From NCBI GenBank assembly GCA_012730045.1, contig JAAYBR010000100.1, positions 34,100 through 98,099 of the forward strand: a DNA stretch of 64,000 nucleotides, written 5' to 3'. Shown here in pieces: positions 49,288-58,891 of the stretch. The position numbers and the translations under genes are program-made. Position 1 is the stretch's first letter, and every line of letters begins with the position of its first letter. This stretch comes from Candidatus Hydrogenedentota bacterium (GTDB lineage Bacteria > Hydrogenedentota > Hydrogenedentia > Hydrogenedentales > CAITNO01). The notes under the pieces were generated by a model. That model did not search any database, had not been told where the DNA came from, and saw only the letters and a program-made list of their open reading frames with translations.

Positions 49288-50499
49288 CTAGCGGCCCTCC
49301 AGTCGGCGGAAGGCGTCCAGCAGAACCTCTTCTTCCCGCGCCCAGTTGTACTTCTGCTCGACGATGCGGCGTCCGTTCCCGCCGAGGCGGGCCGCCTCCG
49401 CCTTGTCCGTGAGCAGGCGGTGGGCGGCGTCCGCGATGGCCGCCGGGTCCGTCACGTCCACGAGGAGGCCGCAGTCCGCCTCCTCCACGATGCGGCGGAC
49501 CTCCACGGCGAAGGCCGGCGCGATGACGGGCTTTCCCTCGCGCATGTAGTCGAAGAGCTTGTGCGGCATGGCCAGCGTGTGGTTCACCGGCCCCGGCTGG
49601 AAGAGGACCAGCCCCGCCGCCGCCGCGGCGATGTGGGCGGGCACGGCCTCATAGGGCACCGTGGGGAGCAGGAGCAGGTTCTCCGCGAGCCCCGACTCCT
49701 CCACGGCCCGGCGGTAGGCGGCCTCGTCGCCGTAGACGTACTGCCCCAGCACGACGCACCGGACCTCCGGGATCCGCCGGACCAGCAGCTTCATCGCCTC
49801 CAGCAGCTTCCACGACCCGCGCACGTCGCCGAAGACCCCCTGGTGGATCAGGACGGGGCGGCCCGCGAAGCGCTCCGAGAGGGCCGCCGGGATGTCGGCG
49901 CACGGGGGCTGGAGATGGTTGGTGTTGATAATCGTGACCCGCGGGGTGGGGAGCCCCTTCCAGGGCGTCTCAAAACTCTCCCGCGTGAGGATAATGAGGT
50001 CCGTGTACCGCGCGAAGAGGCGCATGAAGCGGACCGTCAGCCGGGTCATGAACCCCTGCAGGGGCGCGGGGAAGAATTTGGCGAACTCCGTGGGGATGTG
50101 CTCGTGCATGTCCAGCACGACCCGGCCTCCGCGCAGGGCCTTCAGCGCCAGCGCGGCCACCCACGACTCCGGCTCCGGGGCGCACCAGGCGTCCGCGCCG
50201 AGGCGCATGCCCTCGCGGACCAGGCGGAACACCGCCAGGAATCGCCTTTTTTTCGAGGCTGCGGGGGGCACGAGAACAAAGCGGATCCCGTTAACGTCGG
50301 GTTCGCCGGGTTCCGGCAGGGGGGCATGGGTGCCCGGGGCGGGCACGGGCGCGACGGACCAGACCTCGTGGCCCGCGCGGGCGAGGCTGACGCCGATTTT
50401 CTGGTAGACCCGCTTGTCGTGGGGCTCGTGCAGCGTGTTTAGGACGACGATCTTCAAGGTGCGTGGTTCCGGGGGATCCGCCTGTCGCGGCACCATCAT
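49288..50499 (-). CDS. GT-B glycosyltransferase (GT4 family)
   Basis: HEPHDKRV, DMHE, PHKLFDYMREGKPVI, DVTDPAAIADA, KYNWAREE. Start approximate. Confidence 0.9.
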   Translation of the reverse strand: MMVPRQADPPEPRTLKIVVLNTLHEPHDKRVYQKIGVSLARAGHEVWSVAPVPAPGTHAPLPEPGEPDVNGIRFVLVPPAASKKRRFLAVFRLVREGMRLGADAWCAPEPESWVAALALKALRGGRVVLDMHEHIPTEFAKFFPAPLQGFMTRLTVRFMRLFARYTDLIILTRESFETPWKGLPTPRVTIINTNHLQPPCADIPAALSERFAGRPVLIHQGVFGDVRGSWKLLEAMKLLVRRIPEVRCVVLGQYVYGDEAAYRRAVEESGLAENLLLLPTVPYEAVPAHIAAAAAGLVLFQPGPVNHTLAMPHKLFDYMREGKPVIAPAFAVEVRRIVEEADCGLLVDVTDPAAIADAAHRLLTDKAEAARLGGNGRRIVEQKYNWAREEEVLLDAFRRLEGR

Positions 50500-50608
50500 A
50501 CCCGGCGCGCCCCCCGCAGACAAACCGGACGGGCCGAAGGGGGAGTCTCCACACAGGGGCAGAGGGGCAGGGCGGAGGGAAGGGAAGAGGGCGCGGCAAG
50601 CGGCGTCC

Positions 50609-53600
50609 CTACTCCAGTCCGGAAATCCGCGCGATATGGTCCTTGCTGCCGTCGTTGGCCCAGGCGTCGAGCTGGTCGGGGGCCTTGAGCTGCTGGCCGC
50701 GCATGCGGGGCACGGCGATGTAGCCGCAGCCCTTTCCGGCGGGCACGAGGGCGGTCATGTCGCTCCAGAGCTTCTCGCACTGGGCGACGGGGTACACGTC
50801 CTCCTGCCCGTGGCCCCAGCGGCGTTTGACCTCCTTGATGGTGACATAGGTGGGCATGAGGCGTGCCACATCGCGCACGGCGCCGGCGATGCGCTCCTCC
50901 GGGCCGTCCAGGTCGGCTCGCGTCAGGCCGAAGAGCGCCAGCAGCGGGTCAATCTGGATCCAGGTGGTCATGCTGTTGTAGAAGCTCAGGCGGAGTTCGT
51001 CCTCCTCGCGGGGCTGGGCGAGGCCCTCCAGCAGGCGGACCCTGCCGTTGACCCGGGCGAGGCCGCCGCCCCGGTCGTCCATGCGGCGCGGCACCACCTC
51101 GAAGCTGAGGGTGTTGCCGCTTTCGAGGTGGGCGCCGAGGGCCCCGGGGTCGAGGTCCGCGCCGAGGGTGTCAATGTTGTGCAGCATGATCGTCTCAAGC
51201 TGCGGACGCTCGCGGAGCAGTCCGGCGAGCACGCCGTTGCGCAGGAGGTTTGCCGCCTCGTACCAGTGGCCCGGCGGGTTGAAGCGCTGGACGGGCACGT
51301 TGTCCGTGTAGTCCGTGCCCTCGCCCTTTTCGCGGGCCCAGCCCATGAGCGTGCTCCGAACCGCGTCGCGCACCTTCTGCTTCTGCTCGTCGAGGGTCTC
51401 CTGCGGCATGGTCTCCCACAGGAAGACCAGGTCGCGGACCATGGGCACAAAGCGCTGGCCGATGGACCGGCCCGGGGAGAGCACGACGGGGCCGCCGTAG
51501 CCGTAGTGGCCGTTCAGCCTCAGGTGCTTTTCAATGGCCCCATGGGTGAGGTAGCTCGTGGAGACGATGTGCGGCGGCGGGGCGCCGAAGAGTTCCGCCG
51601 TCCGCCTTGTTTTGGCAACATGGATTTCCAGGAAGCTTCGGTGGCGGCTGCCGAGCTGCACAAAGGGGTTGACCGCCTTGATGACCCCCGCGCCGGTGGT
51701 CCACCGGCTGCCCACGCCCGCCGCGAGGCTCATCACGGCGACGCGCCCCTCCCGCAGGGCGGCCTCGCCGGTTTTCCGGCGTCCGGCGTCGCCCGTGAGG
51801 CGGAGGACGTCCCCCTCCTCCACATTCTCGATCCGCGTGTCCACGGGCAGGCGGTTGTGCGCCAGGCCGATGCGGCCGTGCTGGAGGTCGGCGCGCATCT
51901 GCCCGTGCTGGATCTCGTCGAAGCCGTTCTCCGCCTTGACGCGCGCGGCCTCGGCGTCCCATTCGGCGCGCTCGCTCCCCGCCGCCGCGCCGGAGACGTT
52001 GAACAGTCCGGCAACCATGCGGCGCAGGAGGCGCTGCGACTCGCCGGGGACGTCGCCCCGCGCGGTGAAGCGGTCCAGCTCCACGCGGCGCAGGCGGGAG
52101 GACTCCTCGGCGCTGCGCCGGATCAGCTCGGGGATCTGGAGTCCGTAGTAGCGCCCGGGAAGGAGGGCCGCGTCGCCCGTCAGAAGCCGCGCGGTCGTGC
52201 CGTCGCGGTTGATGTCGAAGGTGTAGACCACGGGGTCCATGGCGAAGGCGAGGGCGTCCTCCAGCTCGGCCTTGGTCTCGCGCATGATCCGCAGGATCCC
52301 GTCGCGGAAGGCGGCGCAGCGCTCCGGCGCGACGAACATGGCCATGCCGCCGCCGGACATGCCGCCGAGCATGAGGAAGCCCCAGAAGTCGTCCCCCAGC
52401 GCCTCGCCCGCGCGGCGGATGATCGTCTCCGTGAACCGGTTGGTCACCCAGGGGATGATCGTCTTGAGCGGGCCGTTCCAGTTCCGCGTGGTGCATTGCG
52501 CGAGCCCGCGGATGTCGCCGCCGCGCAGGGCCGCGCGGATGCCGTCGAAGATCTCCGCCGTGTCCCCGCGCGCGCGCCACTCCGCCTCGCCGCGCAGGAG
52601 GTATTTCTCCGTCACCATCTCCAGGATGGGGCCGACGTTCTGCGCCATGCCGCCGTGGATCAGGACCAGCGACGCCGCCATCCGCTCCGCAATCTCCGGG
52701 TGCAGGTCGCCCGCGCCGAGGATGCGGTGGCGCGGCAGGAGCCGCCCGCGGCTCACGCCGTATTCGGGGTCGCCCTCCACCGCCTCGGCCCCCTCGATCA
52801 CCTTGAAGCCCGGCCAGGTGCCGCCGGAGTCCTGCCAGCCGCCGCCGGAGCCGCCCAGCCACTCGCCGAGGATGGCCCGCGACGCCACGAGGCGCCGCTC
52901 CTCCTCCGGCAGGCTGCCCTCCAGGCTTCCGGTCTGGCCCGTGGCCCGCATGAGCGCGCTGATGATGGACACCAGCATGTTCGTGGACACGGCCAGCCGC
53001 GAGCCCTTGGGGATGTCGTTGACCCGGGTGACCAGCTCGACGCCCATGCCCGGCCCCACCACCCGCTCCATCACCCGCGCCAGGGGCTGGTGCGTGCCCT
53101 CCAGTGACGGCGGCACGAGGCCCGACGCGATCACGCCCGCCTTCAGCAGGCTCAGGTAGTCGTTTCCGAAGTTGAACAGGTCGCGCAGCTCCGTGACGTC
53201 CTTCGTCGCCTCCAGGTCCACGCTGGTCAGCCGCAGCAGCGGCTCGGGGATCACGCGGACATACGCCGCGATGGGCGGGCGCACGGCGTCGTCGCGCCCG
53301 TGGACCCCGAGGTCCACGGAGATGTTCAGCACCCGCGCGCCCTCGGGATAGTCCATCCCCAGGAAGAAGATGTCCGACCACCCGCTGTGGCTCAGGTCCA
53401 GCCGCACCGGCGTCGTCTCCATGAGCACGGGGAAAAGTCCCCCGTCGCCGCGCCGCATCAGTTCCGGCCGGATGCGGACCGGGTGGTCGTCGGCGTGGCC
53501 CACGCGGAACATCCACTGGTTGCCCCGGCTGGCGCGGACGCTCCGCCGGACCTGGTCGCTCAGGGTCTGGAACGCGAGCTGGTGGTAGGCCTGCGCCAGC

Positions 53601-53953
53601 GCGCTGGACAGCGCCCCGTTCGGCCCGTCCCGGCGCATCGCCGCCGTGAAGGCGCTCACCGCCTCCTCAAAGCGCCGCGAGAGCAGGGCGTCGAAGCCCT
53701 CCGGCGGAATCGCGCCCAACGACGGGAAGGCCGGGGATTCCTGGAGGAAGAAGCGGTGCGCCGCGTGGAGGAAGAGCGCCGCGCGCACGCGCTCGTACAG
53801 GTTGTCCGACGCGCGGCGGAAGCGGTCCAGCTCGTCGCACGCCGCCAGCAGGGCCTCCGGGGACAGACCCGCGCACAGCGAGCGGAAAGACCGGTCGCGC
53901 AGGGCCGGATCCCGGCTCGTGATCGTCTCGATGAAGGGGTTCGTGCCGCTCAT
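50609..53953 (-). CDS. bifunctional GHMP-family sugar kinase / UDP-sugar pyrophosphorylase (UDPGP-family) fusion
   Basis: Kinase motifs PVRLDLSHSGWSD, IPKGSRLAVST, GGSGGGWQD, LGGMSGGG. C-terminal motifs LAAGVGSRW, NPPGHW, HNIDTLGA, EVVPR. Confidence 0.8.
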   Translation of the reverse strand: MSGTNPFIETITSRDPALRDRSFRSLCAGLSPEALLAACDELDRFRRASDNLYERVRAALFLHAAHRFFLQESPAFPSLGAIPPEGFDALLSRRFEEAVSAFTAAMRRDGPNGALSSALAQAYHQLAFQTLSDQVRRSVRASRGNQWMFRVGHADDHPVRIRPELMRRGDGGLFPVLMETTPVRLDLSHSGWSDIFFLGMDYPEGARVLNISVDLGVHGRDDAVRPPIAAYVRVIPEPLLRLTSVDLEATKDVTELRDLFNFGNDYLSLLKAGVIASGLVPPSLEGTHQPLARVMERVVGPGMGVELVTRVNDIPKGSRLAVSTNMLVSIISALMRATGQTGSLEGSLPEEERRLVASRAILGEWLGGSGGGWQDSGGTWPGFKVIEGAEAVEGDPEYGVSRGRLLPRHRILGAGDLHPEIAERMAASLVLIHGGMAQNVGPILEMVTEKYLLRGEAEWRARGDTAEIFDGIRAALRGGDIRGLAQCTTRNWNGPLKTIIPWVTNRFTETIIRRAGEALGDDFWGFLMLGGMSGGGMAMFVAPERCAAFRDGILRIMRETKAELEDALAFAMDPVVYTFDINRDGTTARLLTGDAALLPGRYYGLQIPELIRRSAEESSRLRRVELDRFTARGDVPGESQRLLRRMVAGLFNVSGAAAGSERAEWDAEAARVKAENGFDEIQHGQMRADLQHGRIGLAHNRLPVDTRIENVEEGDVLRLTGDAGRRKTGEAALREGRVAVMSLAAGVGSRWTTGAGVIKAVNPFVQLGSRHRSFLEIHVAKTRRTAELFGAPPPHIVSTSYLTHGAIEKHLRLNGHYGYGGPVVLSPGRSIGQRFVPMVRDLVFLWETMPQETLDEQKQKVRDAVRSTLMGWAREKGEGTDYTDNVPVQRFNPPGHWYEAANLLRNGVLAGLLRERPQLETIMLHNIDTLGADLDPGALGAHLESGNTLSFEVVPRRMDDRGGGLARVNGRVRLLEGLAQPREEDELRLSFYNSMTTWIQIDPLLALFGLTRADLDGPEERIAGAVRDVARLMPTYVTIKEVKRRWGHGQEDVYPVAQCEKLWSDMTALVPAGKGCGYIAVPRMRGQQLKAPDQLDAWANDGSKDHIARISGLE

Positions 53954-54912
53954 GCCGACGCCGGCCCCCCGGGCCGGTCCGTCTCGGCCAGCAGCTCGAT
54001 GATCGCGCGGAGCACGCCGTCGCGGTCCGTGCCCGCCGCGCCCAGGGCGATCTGCGCCTGCATCAGCCCGAACTTCGCGCTGATGTCGTATCGGATGCCC
54101 GACACCTCCAGCGCCAGGCAGCGCTCGCGGTTGGCGAGCTCCTGGAGCGCCGGGGTCAATTGCAGCTCCGCGTCGCCGCGCGCCGCCAGCCCCTCGCCCA
54201 GAATGTCAAAGATGCGGTGCGGCAGCGCGTGCATCCCGAAGAAGCAGAGGTAGTGGGCCGTGCGCAGCCCCGGCGTCTGGAGCTGCAGCTCCGCCTGGCT
54301 CACCGACGGCTTCTCCAGGATCCGCTCGACCTGGTAGACCCCGTCCAGGTCCGGCATCCGCCGTCCGCTCACCGTGCCGTAGCGCCCCACATGCCGCTCG
54401 TGGGTGGACTGCACCGCCGACACCGCCGCGTCCTCCTGCTCCGCCAGCCGGATCACCTGCTCCGCGCAGCGCCGGTCCCGCAGCGCCGAGATGTAGAGAT
54501 GGTCGTCCAGCAGCAGCAGGAACGACTCCCTGCCCACAAAATCCCGGGCGCACCACACCGCGTGGCCGTAGCCCAGCGGCTCCTCCTGCACGGCGAAGGA
54601 CAGCCGGGGGATCAGGTCCTCCAGCCGCGCCGCCTGTTCGCAGGCCCAGCCCGCGCCCCCGCACGCGCCCCGCAGGTTCTCCCGCAGCAGCCGGAGCTGG
54701 CGCAGGTACTGCTCCTCGTCCCCCGGCGCGCAGACAATGCACACCTCCTCGATGCCGCTGCGGATCGCCTCCTCCGCGATGATCTGGACCAGCGGCTTCG
54801 CCAGCCCGTCGCGGTCCACCAGCGGAAGCATCGCCTTCTGCACCGTGTCCGCCACCGGATACAGCCGCGCCCCGCGCCCCGCCGCCGTGATCACTGCCTT
54901 GCGTATCTTCAA
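53950..54912 (-). CDS. GalU-like sugar-phosphate nucleotidyltransferase
   Basis: KAVITAAGRGARLYP...QKAMLPL, QEEPLGYGHAV, LEKPS, LQLTPAL. TTG start; ATGA overlap with the fusion gene. Confidence 0.88.
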   Translation of the reverse strand: MKIRKAVITAAGRGARLYPVADTVQKAMLPLVDRDGLAKPLVQIIAEEAIRSGIEEVCIVCAPGDEEQYLRQLRLLRENLRGACGGAGWACEQAARLEDLIPRLSFAVQEEPLGYGHAVWCARDFVGRESFLLLLDDHLYISALRDRRCAEQVIRLAEQEDAAVSAVQSTHERHVGRYGTVSGRRMPDLDGVYQVERILEKPSVSQAELQLQTPGLRTAHYLCFFGMHALPHRIFDILGEGLAARGDAELQLTPALQELANRERCLALEVSGIRYDISAKFGLMQAQIALGAAGTDRDGVLRAIIELLAETDRPGGPASA

Positions 54913-55017
54913 AGGCCGACCCTTTCATGATCCGGCCCGGAATCAGGCATTGCCCGGGCCCGGACCAGCCTACCAGCGCCCCCCCGGCCAGTCAATTTTA
55001 CGCCCGGCCCGGGCCTC

Positions 55018-56541
55018 TCAAGGAGCGGCCGCCCCGCAGCGCACCTCGAAAACGTGCTCCGTGCCCACATCACTCCGGATGCGCAGGGTGTCGCCCTCCC
55101 GCGTGACCTCCGTCCACTCCTGTCCGTCCCGCAGGACCGTTGCCGGACCGGTGATCTTCTCGCACCGCAGTTCCGTCTTCCCCGAAAAGGACGGGTTCCC
55201 TTTCAGGACCACGAAACGGAGCACCGGCGCCCGGTATTCGGCGGCGCGCACGTAGATGTTTGGATAGTCCACCCCGGCAAGGGTCGGCGCGGCCAGAATC
55301 TCCGTGCGCGGTGTCCGGTAGAGGGTGCGCATGGAGTCGCCGTCGGTGGCCAGGGCCGCCGCGATGAGCCCCGTGGCCGATATGTAGTGTTTCGGGCACA
55401 CGTTGTAGTAATACGACTCGTTGCGGCCGTCGCCGTCCGTGTCCAGCGGCTTGCCGTAGGTTGCCTCCAGCCAGTTCAGCACCTCCCGCGCCCGGGGCGA
55501 GTCCTTCCCCTCCGCCTGCACGCCCGCCAGGGGGAGGAAGCTGTTGGCCACGCTCAGCGACCCGCCGCCGCAGCAGCCGATCACCTTGTTGTTCACGGCG
55601 TAGGCCCGGCCCTTTTCCGGGGTGACCCACTTGGCCTTCTTGCAGATGTGTTTCCAGCCCTCCTTGAGAAACCCGGGGTCCGGGAACCAGGGATAGCCCC
55701 AGCCGAGGGCCCAGCAGTCCGCGCCGACATCCCCCACCGGATAGAAGACCTCCTTCTTTTGGTCGTAGATGACGTAGAGGAACTCGCGGGTCAGGGGAAC
55801 CTTGTTGCGGAAATGGACCCGCATCCAGTCAAACCACCGGGGGTTAGCGTCGGCATACCGCGTGCCGTGGAGCAGGTCGAACAGCAGGAAAGAGTTTGCG
55901 CTGTGGGAGTTGCAGTCGGCGAAGACCAGCCCCGGCTCGCAGCAGATGCCGCCCGAGGGGCTGGCGAGGCTCTGGTCACGCAGCCCGCGCACGGCCTTTT
56001 CCAGGGTGTAGTGCGTCTTCCGGCCGTCCTCGGCAACGAAATCCCACCCCTCTTCGGAGTAGCGCATGTCGCCCGTCATCAGCTCATAGAGGCACATCAG
56101 CTGCGTGAGGTGCCCCGTGTACATGACGTTCTCGTAGCGGCAGGGGTCGGGCGGGTCGTCCCCGTAGTCCCAGTAGTGGGTGACATAGCACCAGGTCCGG
56201 CGGTCCACCATCCGCTCGCAGAGATCGCCGAGCTGGCGGGCTATCAGGTCGCGGTAGGCGGGCGTCCGCGCCGCCATGGCAACGCACCCGTACCCGCCAA
56301 AGGCAAACTGGTACCGGAACGCCGTGACATCCAGCTGCTTGCCGTCGTCATACCAGCCGATCCACGGATCCGCTTTATGGCCCTGCATGTGCGTGAGATG
56401 GGAGAACCACCGCTGGATGGCCAGCTCCCGGTCCGAAAGGCCCTCCCCCCATGCGGGCTCGTCGGCGGACGCTGGTCCGGACAGCAGGGAAAGGCCGCAC
56501 GCCAGACAGAACCACGCAAGACACCGCATACGCATGCCCAA
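55018..56541 (-). CDS. secreted linalool dehydratase/isomerase (LinD/Ldi)-family protein
   Basis: Signal peptide; RYQFAF..Y, DPCRYENVMYTGHL..LM.LYELMTGD.RY, GICCEPGLVFADCNS, DLLHGTRY align with recalled LinD motifs. Confidence 0.78.
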   Translation of the reverse strand: MGMRMRCLAWFCLACGLSLLSGPASADEPAWGEGLSDRELAIQRWFSHLTHMQGHKADPWIGWYDDGKQLDVTAFRYQFAFGGYGCVAMAARTPAYRDLIARQLGDLCERMVDRRTWCYVTHYWDYGDDPPDPCRYENVMYTGHLTQLMCLYELMTGDMRYSEEGWDFVAEDGRKTHYTLEKAVRGLRDQSLASPSGGICCEPGLVFADCNSHSANSFLLFDLLHGTRYADANPRWFDWMRVHFRNKVPLTREFLYVIYDQKKEVFYPVGDVGADCWALGWGYPWFPDPGFLKEGWKHICKKAKWVTPEKGRAYAVNNKVIGCCGGGSLSVANSFLPLAGVQAEGKDSPRAREVLNWLEATYGKPLDTDGDGRNESYYYNVCPKHYISATGLIAAALATDGDSMRTLYRTPRTEILAAPTLAGVDYPNIYVRAAEYRAPVLRFVVLKGNPSFSGKTELRCEKITGPATVLRDGQEWTEVTREGDTLRIRSDVGTEHVFEVRCGAAAP

Positions 56542-56790
56542 GCCTCCTTGCAGGGCGCCCGCGCACGGGCGTCCCGTCTCTAGAAAACCGCCGAGGCGGG
56601 GATAAGGGCGCTTTTCGACGCCCTCCCGCCACCCCCCCCCACTTTAGCAGGTCGCGCGCGGGACATCAACGCGCCGGGGCGCGAGGTTGACGCCCCCGGG
56701 CCTGTTCTGTTTCAATGCATGGGCGGCGTGTTTCGGCGGGATGGCCGCGCCGGCGCGTGCCGGGGCTGAACAGGGCGCGGAGGGCAGCGC

Positions 56791-58397
56791 ATGGCGGCGG
56801 GCGGGTTGAATCCCTTTGACATGGCGGTTATCGCGGTGTACCTCGCGGGCATTGTGGCGCTGGGGTGCTGGGCGGGGCTGCGCAAACGCAAGGGGGCGGC
56901 GGGGGACGGCTATTTTCTGGCGGGGCGCAGCCTGGGGTGGCCGGTGATCGGCATGGCGCTCTTCGCCACCAACATCTCGACCATCCATCTGGTGAGCCTC
57001 GCGCAGGAGGGCTACACGAACGGCCTGGCCTACGGGAATTTCGAGTGGATGGCGGGGTTCACGCTGATCCTCCTCGCCCTCTTCTTCGCCCCGTTCTATG
57101 TGCGGTCGCGGGTGGCCACACTGCCCGACTTCCTGGAGCGGCGCTACAGCCGCGCCAGCCGCGGCTGGCTTTCCCTCATTTCCATCGTGGCGGCCATCTC
57201 ATCCACATCGGTTTCTCCATCTACGCGGGGGCGGTGGTGCTTGAGGGGCTGTTTGGCATCAACAAGACGGCCAGCATCATCGCCGTCGCCCTGCTCACGG
57301 GGGCGTACACCATTGTCGGCGGCCTGATGGCCGTGGTGGTCACGGAGACAGTGCAGACGGTGATCCTCCTGCTCGGCGCCGTGGCGATGACGGTCAGCGC
57401 GTGGAATGCCCTGGGCGGCTGGGGAAACCTGACCGCCGCCGTGGACCCGGTGCAGCTCACCATGCTGCGCCCGGCGGGCGACCCGTCGGGCCTGCCGTGG
57501 TATGCCGTGTTTCTGGGCTATCCGGTCATTGGTATCTGGTACTGGTGCACGGACCAGACGATCGTGCAGCGCGTGCTGGGGGCGAAGGACGAGCACAACG
57601 CGCGGATGGGCGCGCTGTTTGCCGGATTCATCAAGATTCTGCCCGTGTTCATTTTCGTGCTCCCCGGCCTGATGTGCGCGGCCCTGGTCAGGACGGGGCG
57701 GGTGGAGGGCGCGCCGGAGAACTCCGAGCAGGTCTATGCGTTCATGATCGGGGCGCTCATGCCCGCCGGGCTGCGCGGGCTGCTTGCCGCGGCGCTGCTC
57801 GCCGCGCTGATGAGCACCGTTTCGGCGGCCCTGAACTCCGCCGCCACGCTTTTCACCCACGACCTGTACCGGCGTTTTCGTCCCGACGCGGACGACCGGC
57901 GGCTCGTCCGGGTGGGGCGGATCGTCACGTTTGCGGGCATGGTGCTGGCCGTCCTGTGGTCGCCCTTTCTGGGGCGGTACCCCACGGTCTTTCAGGGGGT
58001 GAACGCCGCCATCAGCTACATCGCGCCGCCCATCACGGTCGTGTTCCTGTTCGGCGTGTTCTGGCGGCGGGCCTCGTCGCGGGCGGCCATTGCCACGCTG
58101 GTCACGGGCTCCGCCGCCGGATTCGCCGTGTTTCTGCTGGACTGGTTCAGGGAGTTCACGGGCTGGAATGTGCCCTTCATGATGGCGGGGTTCTACCTGG
58201 CCGTCCTGTGCTCCGCCGTGATGGTTCCCGTGTCCTGGCTCTTTCCCGATCCGCCCAGCGCGGAGCGGGACGCCCTGGTGTGGTCCAGCCCGCTGGCCGC
58301 GTTCCGGGGCGCGACCGGCAGGGGGCTGGCGGACTACCGGGTCGTCGCGGGGCTCCTTTTCGGCATAATGGTCGCGCTGTATGTGGTGTTTGCCTGA
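56791..58397 (+). pseudogene. sodium:solute symporter (SSS) with a single-base frameshift at about 57199
   Basis: The N-part (YFLAGRSLGW..IG..LFATNIS..FLERRY) and the C-part (WYWCTDQTIVQRVL, AALMST..AALNS) are in different frames. The junction ATC TC ATC CAC restores to IFIH with one added T. Confidence 0.8.
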
Positions 58398-58428
58398 GTC
58401 GGTTGTCCACACACCGGGAGAACAGGTC

Positions 58429-58854
58429 ATGCGAAAGGCGGCATGGGCGGCGGTGTTCGTCGCGCTGGGGATGCTCGCGGGCTGCCGGCACGCCGGGCTG
58501 GGTCCGGACGACGCCGTCCAGCGCTTCGGCAGCGTCATTGGCCTGAAGGCGGAGAAGCTGGACTACTACAAGGAACTGCATGCCAACGCCTGGCCCGGCG
58601 TGCTGGACAAGATCCGGGAGTGCAACATTCAGAACTACTCGATCTACCTCCACCGGCTGGACGACGGCAACTACTACCTTTTCAGCTACTTCGAGTACAC
58701 CGGAGAGGATTTCAAGGGGGACATGGCCCGGATGGCCGCCGATCCCCTCACGCAGAAATGGTGGAAGGAGACCGACCCCTGCCAGTTCGCCGTCAAGCAC
58801 CGCGCCGAAGGCGAGTGGTGGGCGGACATGGAGGAGGTGTTCCACACCCCGTAA
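58429..58854 (+). CDS. L-rhamnose mutarotase-family protein with lipoprotein signal
   Basis: Lipobox LAGC; YKELHANAWP, IQNYSIYL, LFSYFEY, KWWKET, EEVFH. Confidence 0.85.
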   Translation: MRKAAWAAVFVALGMLAGCRHAGLGPDDAVQRFGSVIGLKAEKLDYYKELHANAWPGVLDKIRECNIQNYSIYLHRLDDGNYYLFSYFEYTGEDFKGDMARMAADPLTQKWWKETDPCQFAVKHRAEGEWWADMEEVFHTP

Positions 58855-58891
58855 ACCCGCCGCGTTCGCGCGCGGCACAGGAGGATGATCC

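Noticed and set aside
57190-57210. Programmed ribosomal frameshift in the SSS gene
   Set aside because: No slippery sequence or stimulatory structure, and no precedent for this family; a plain indel is simpler.
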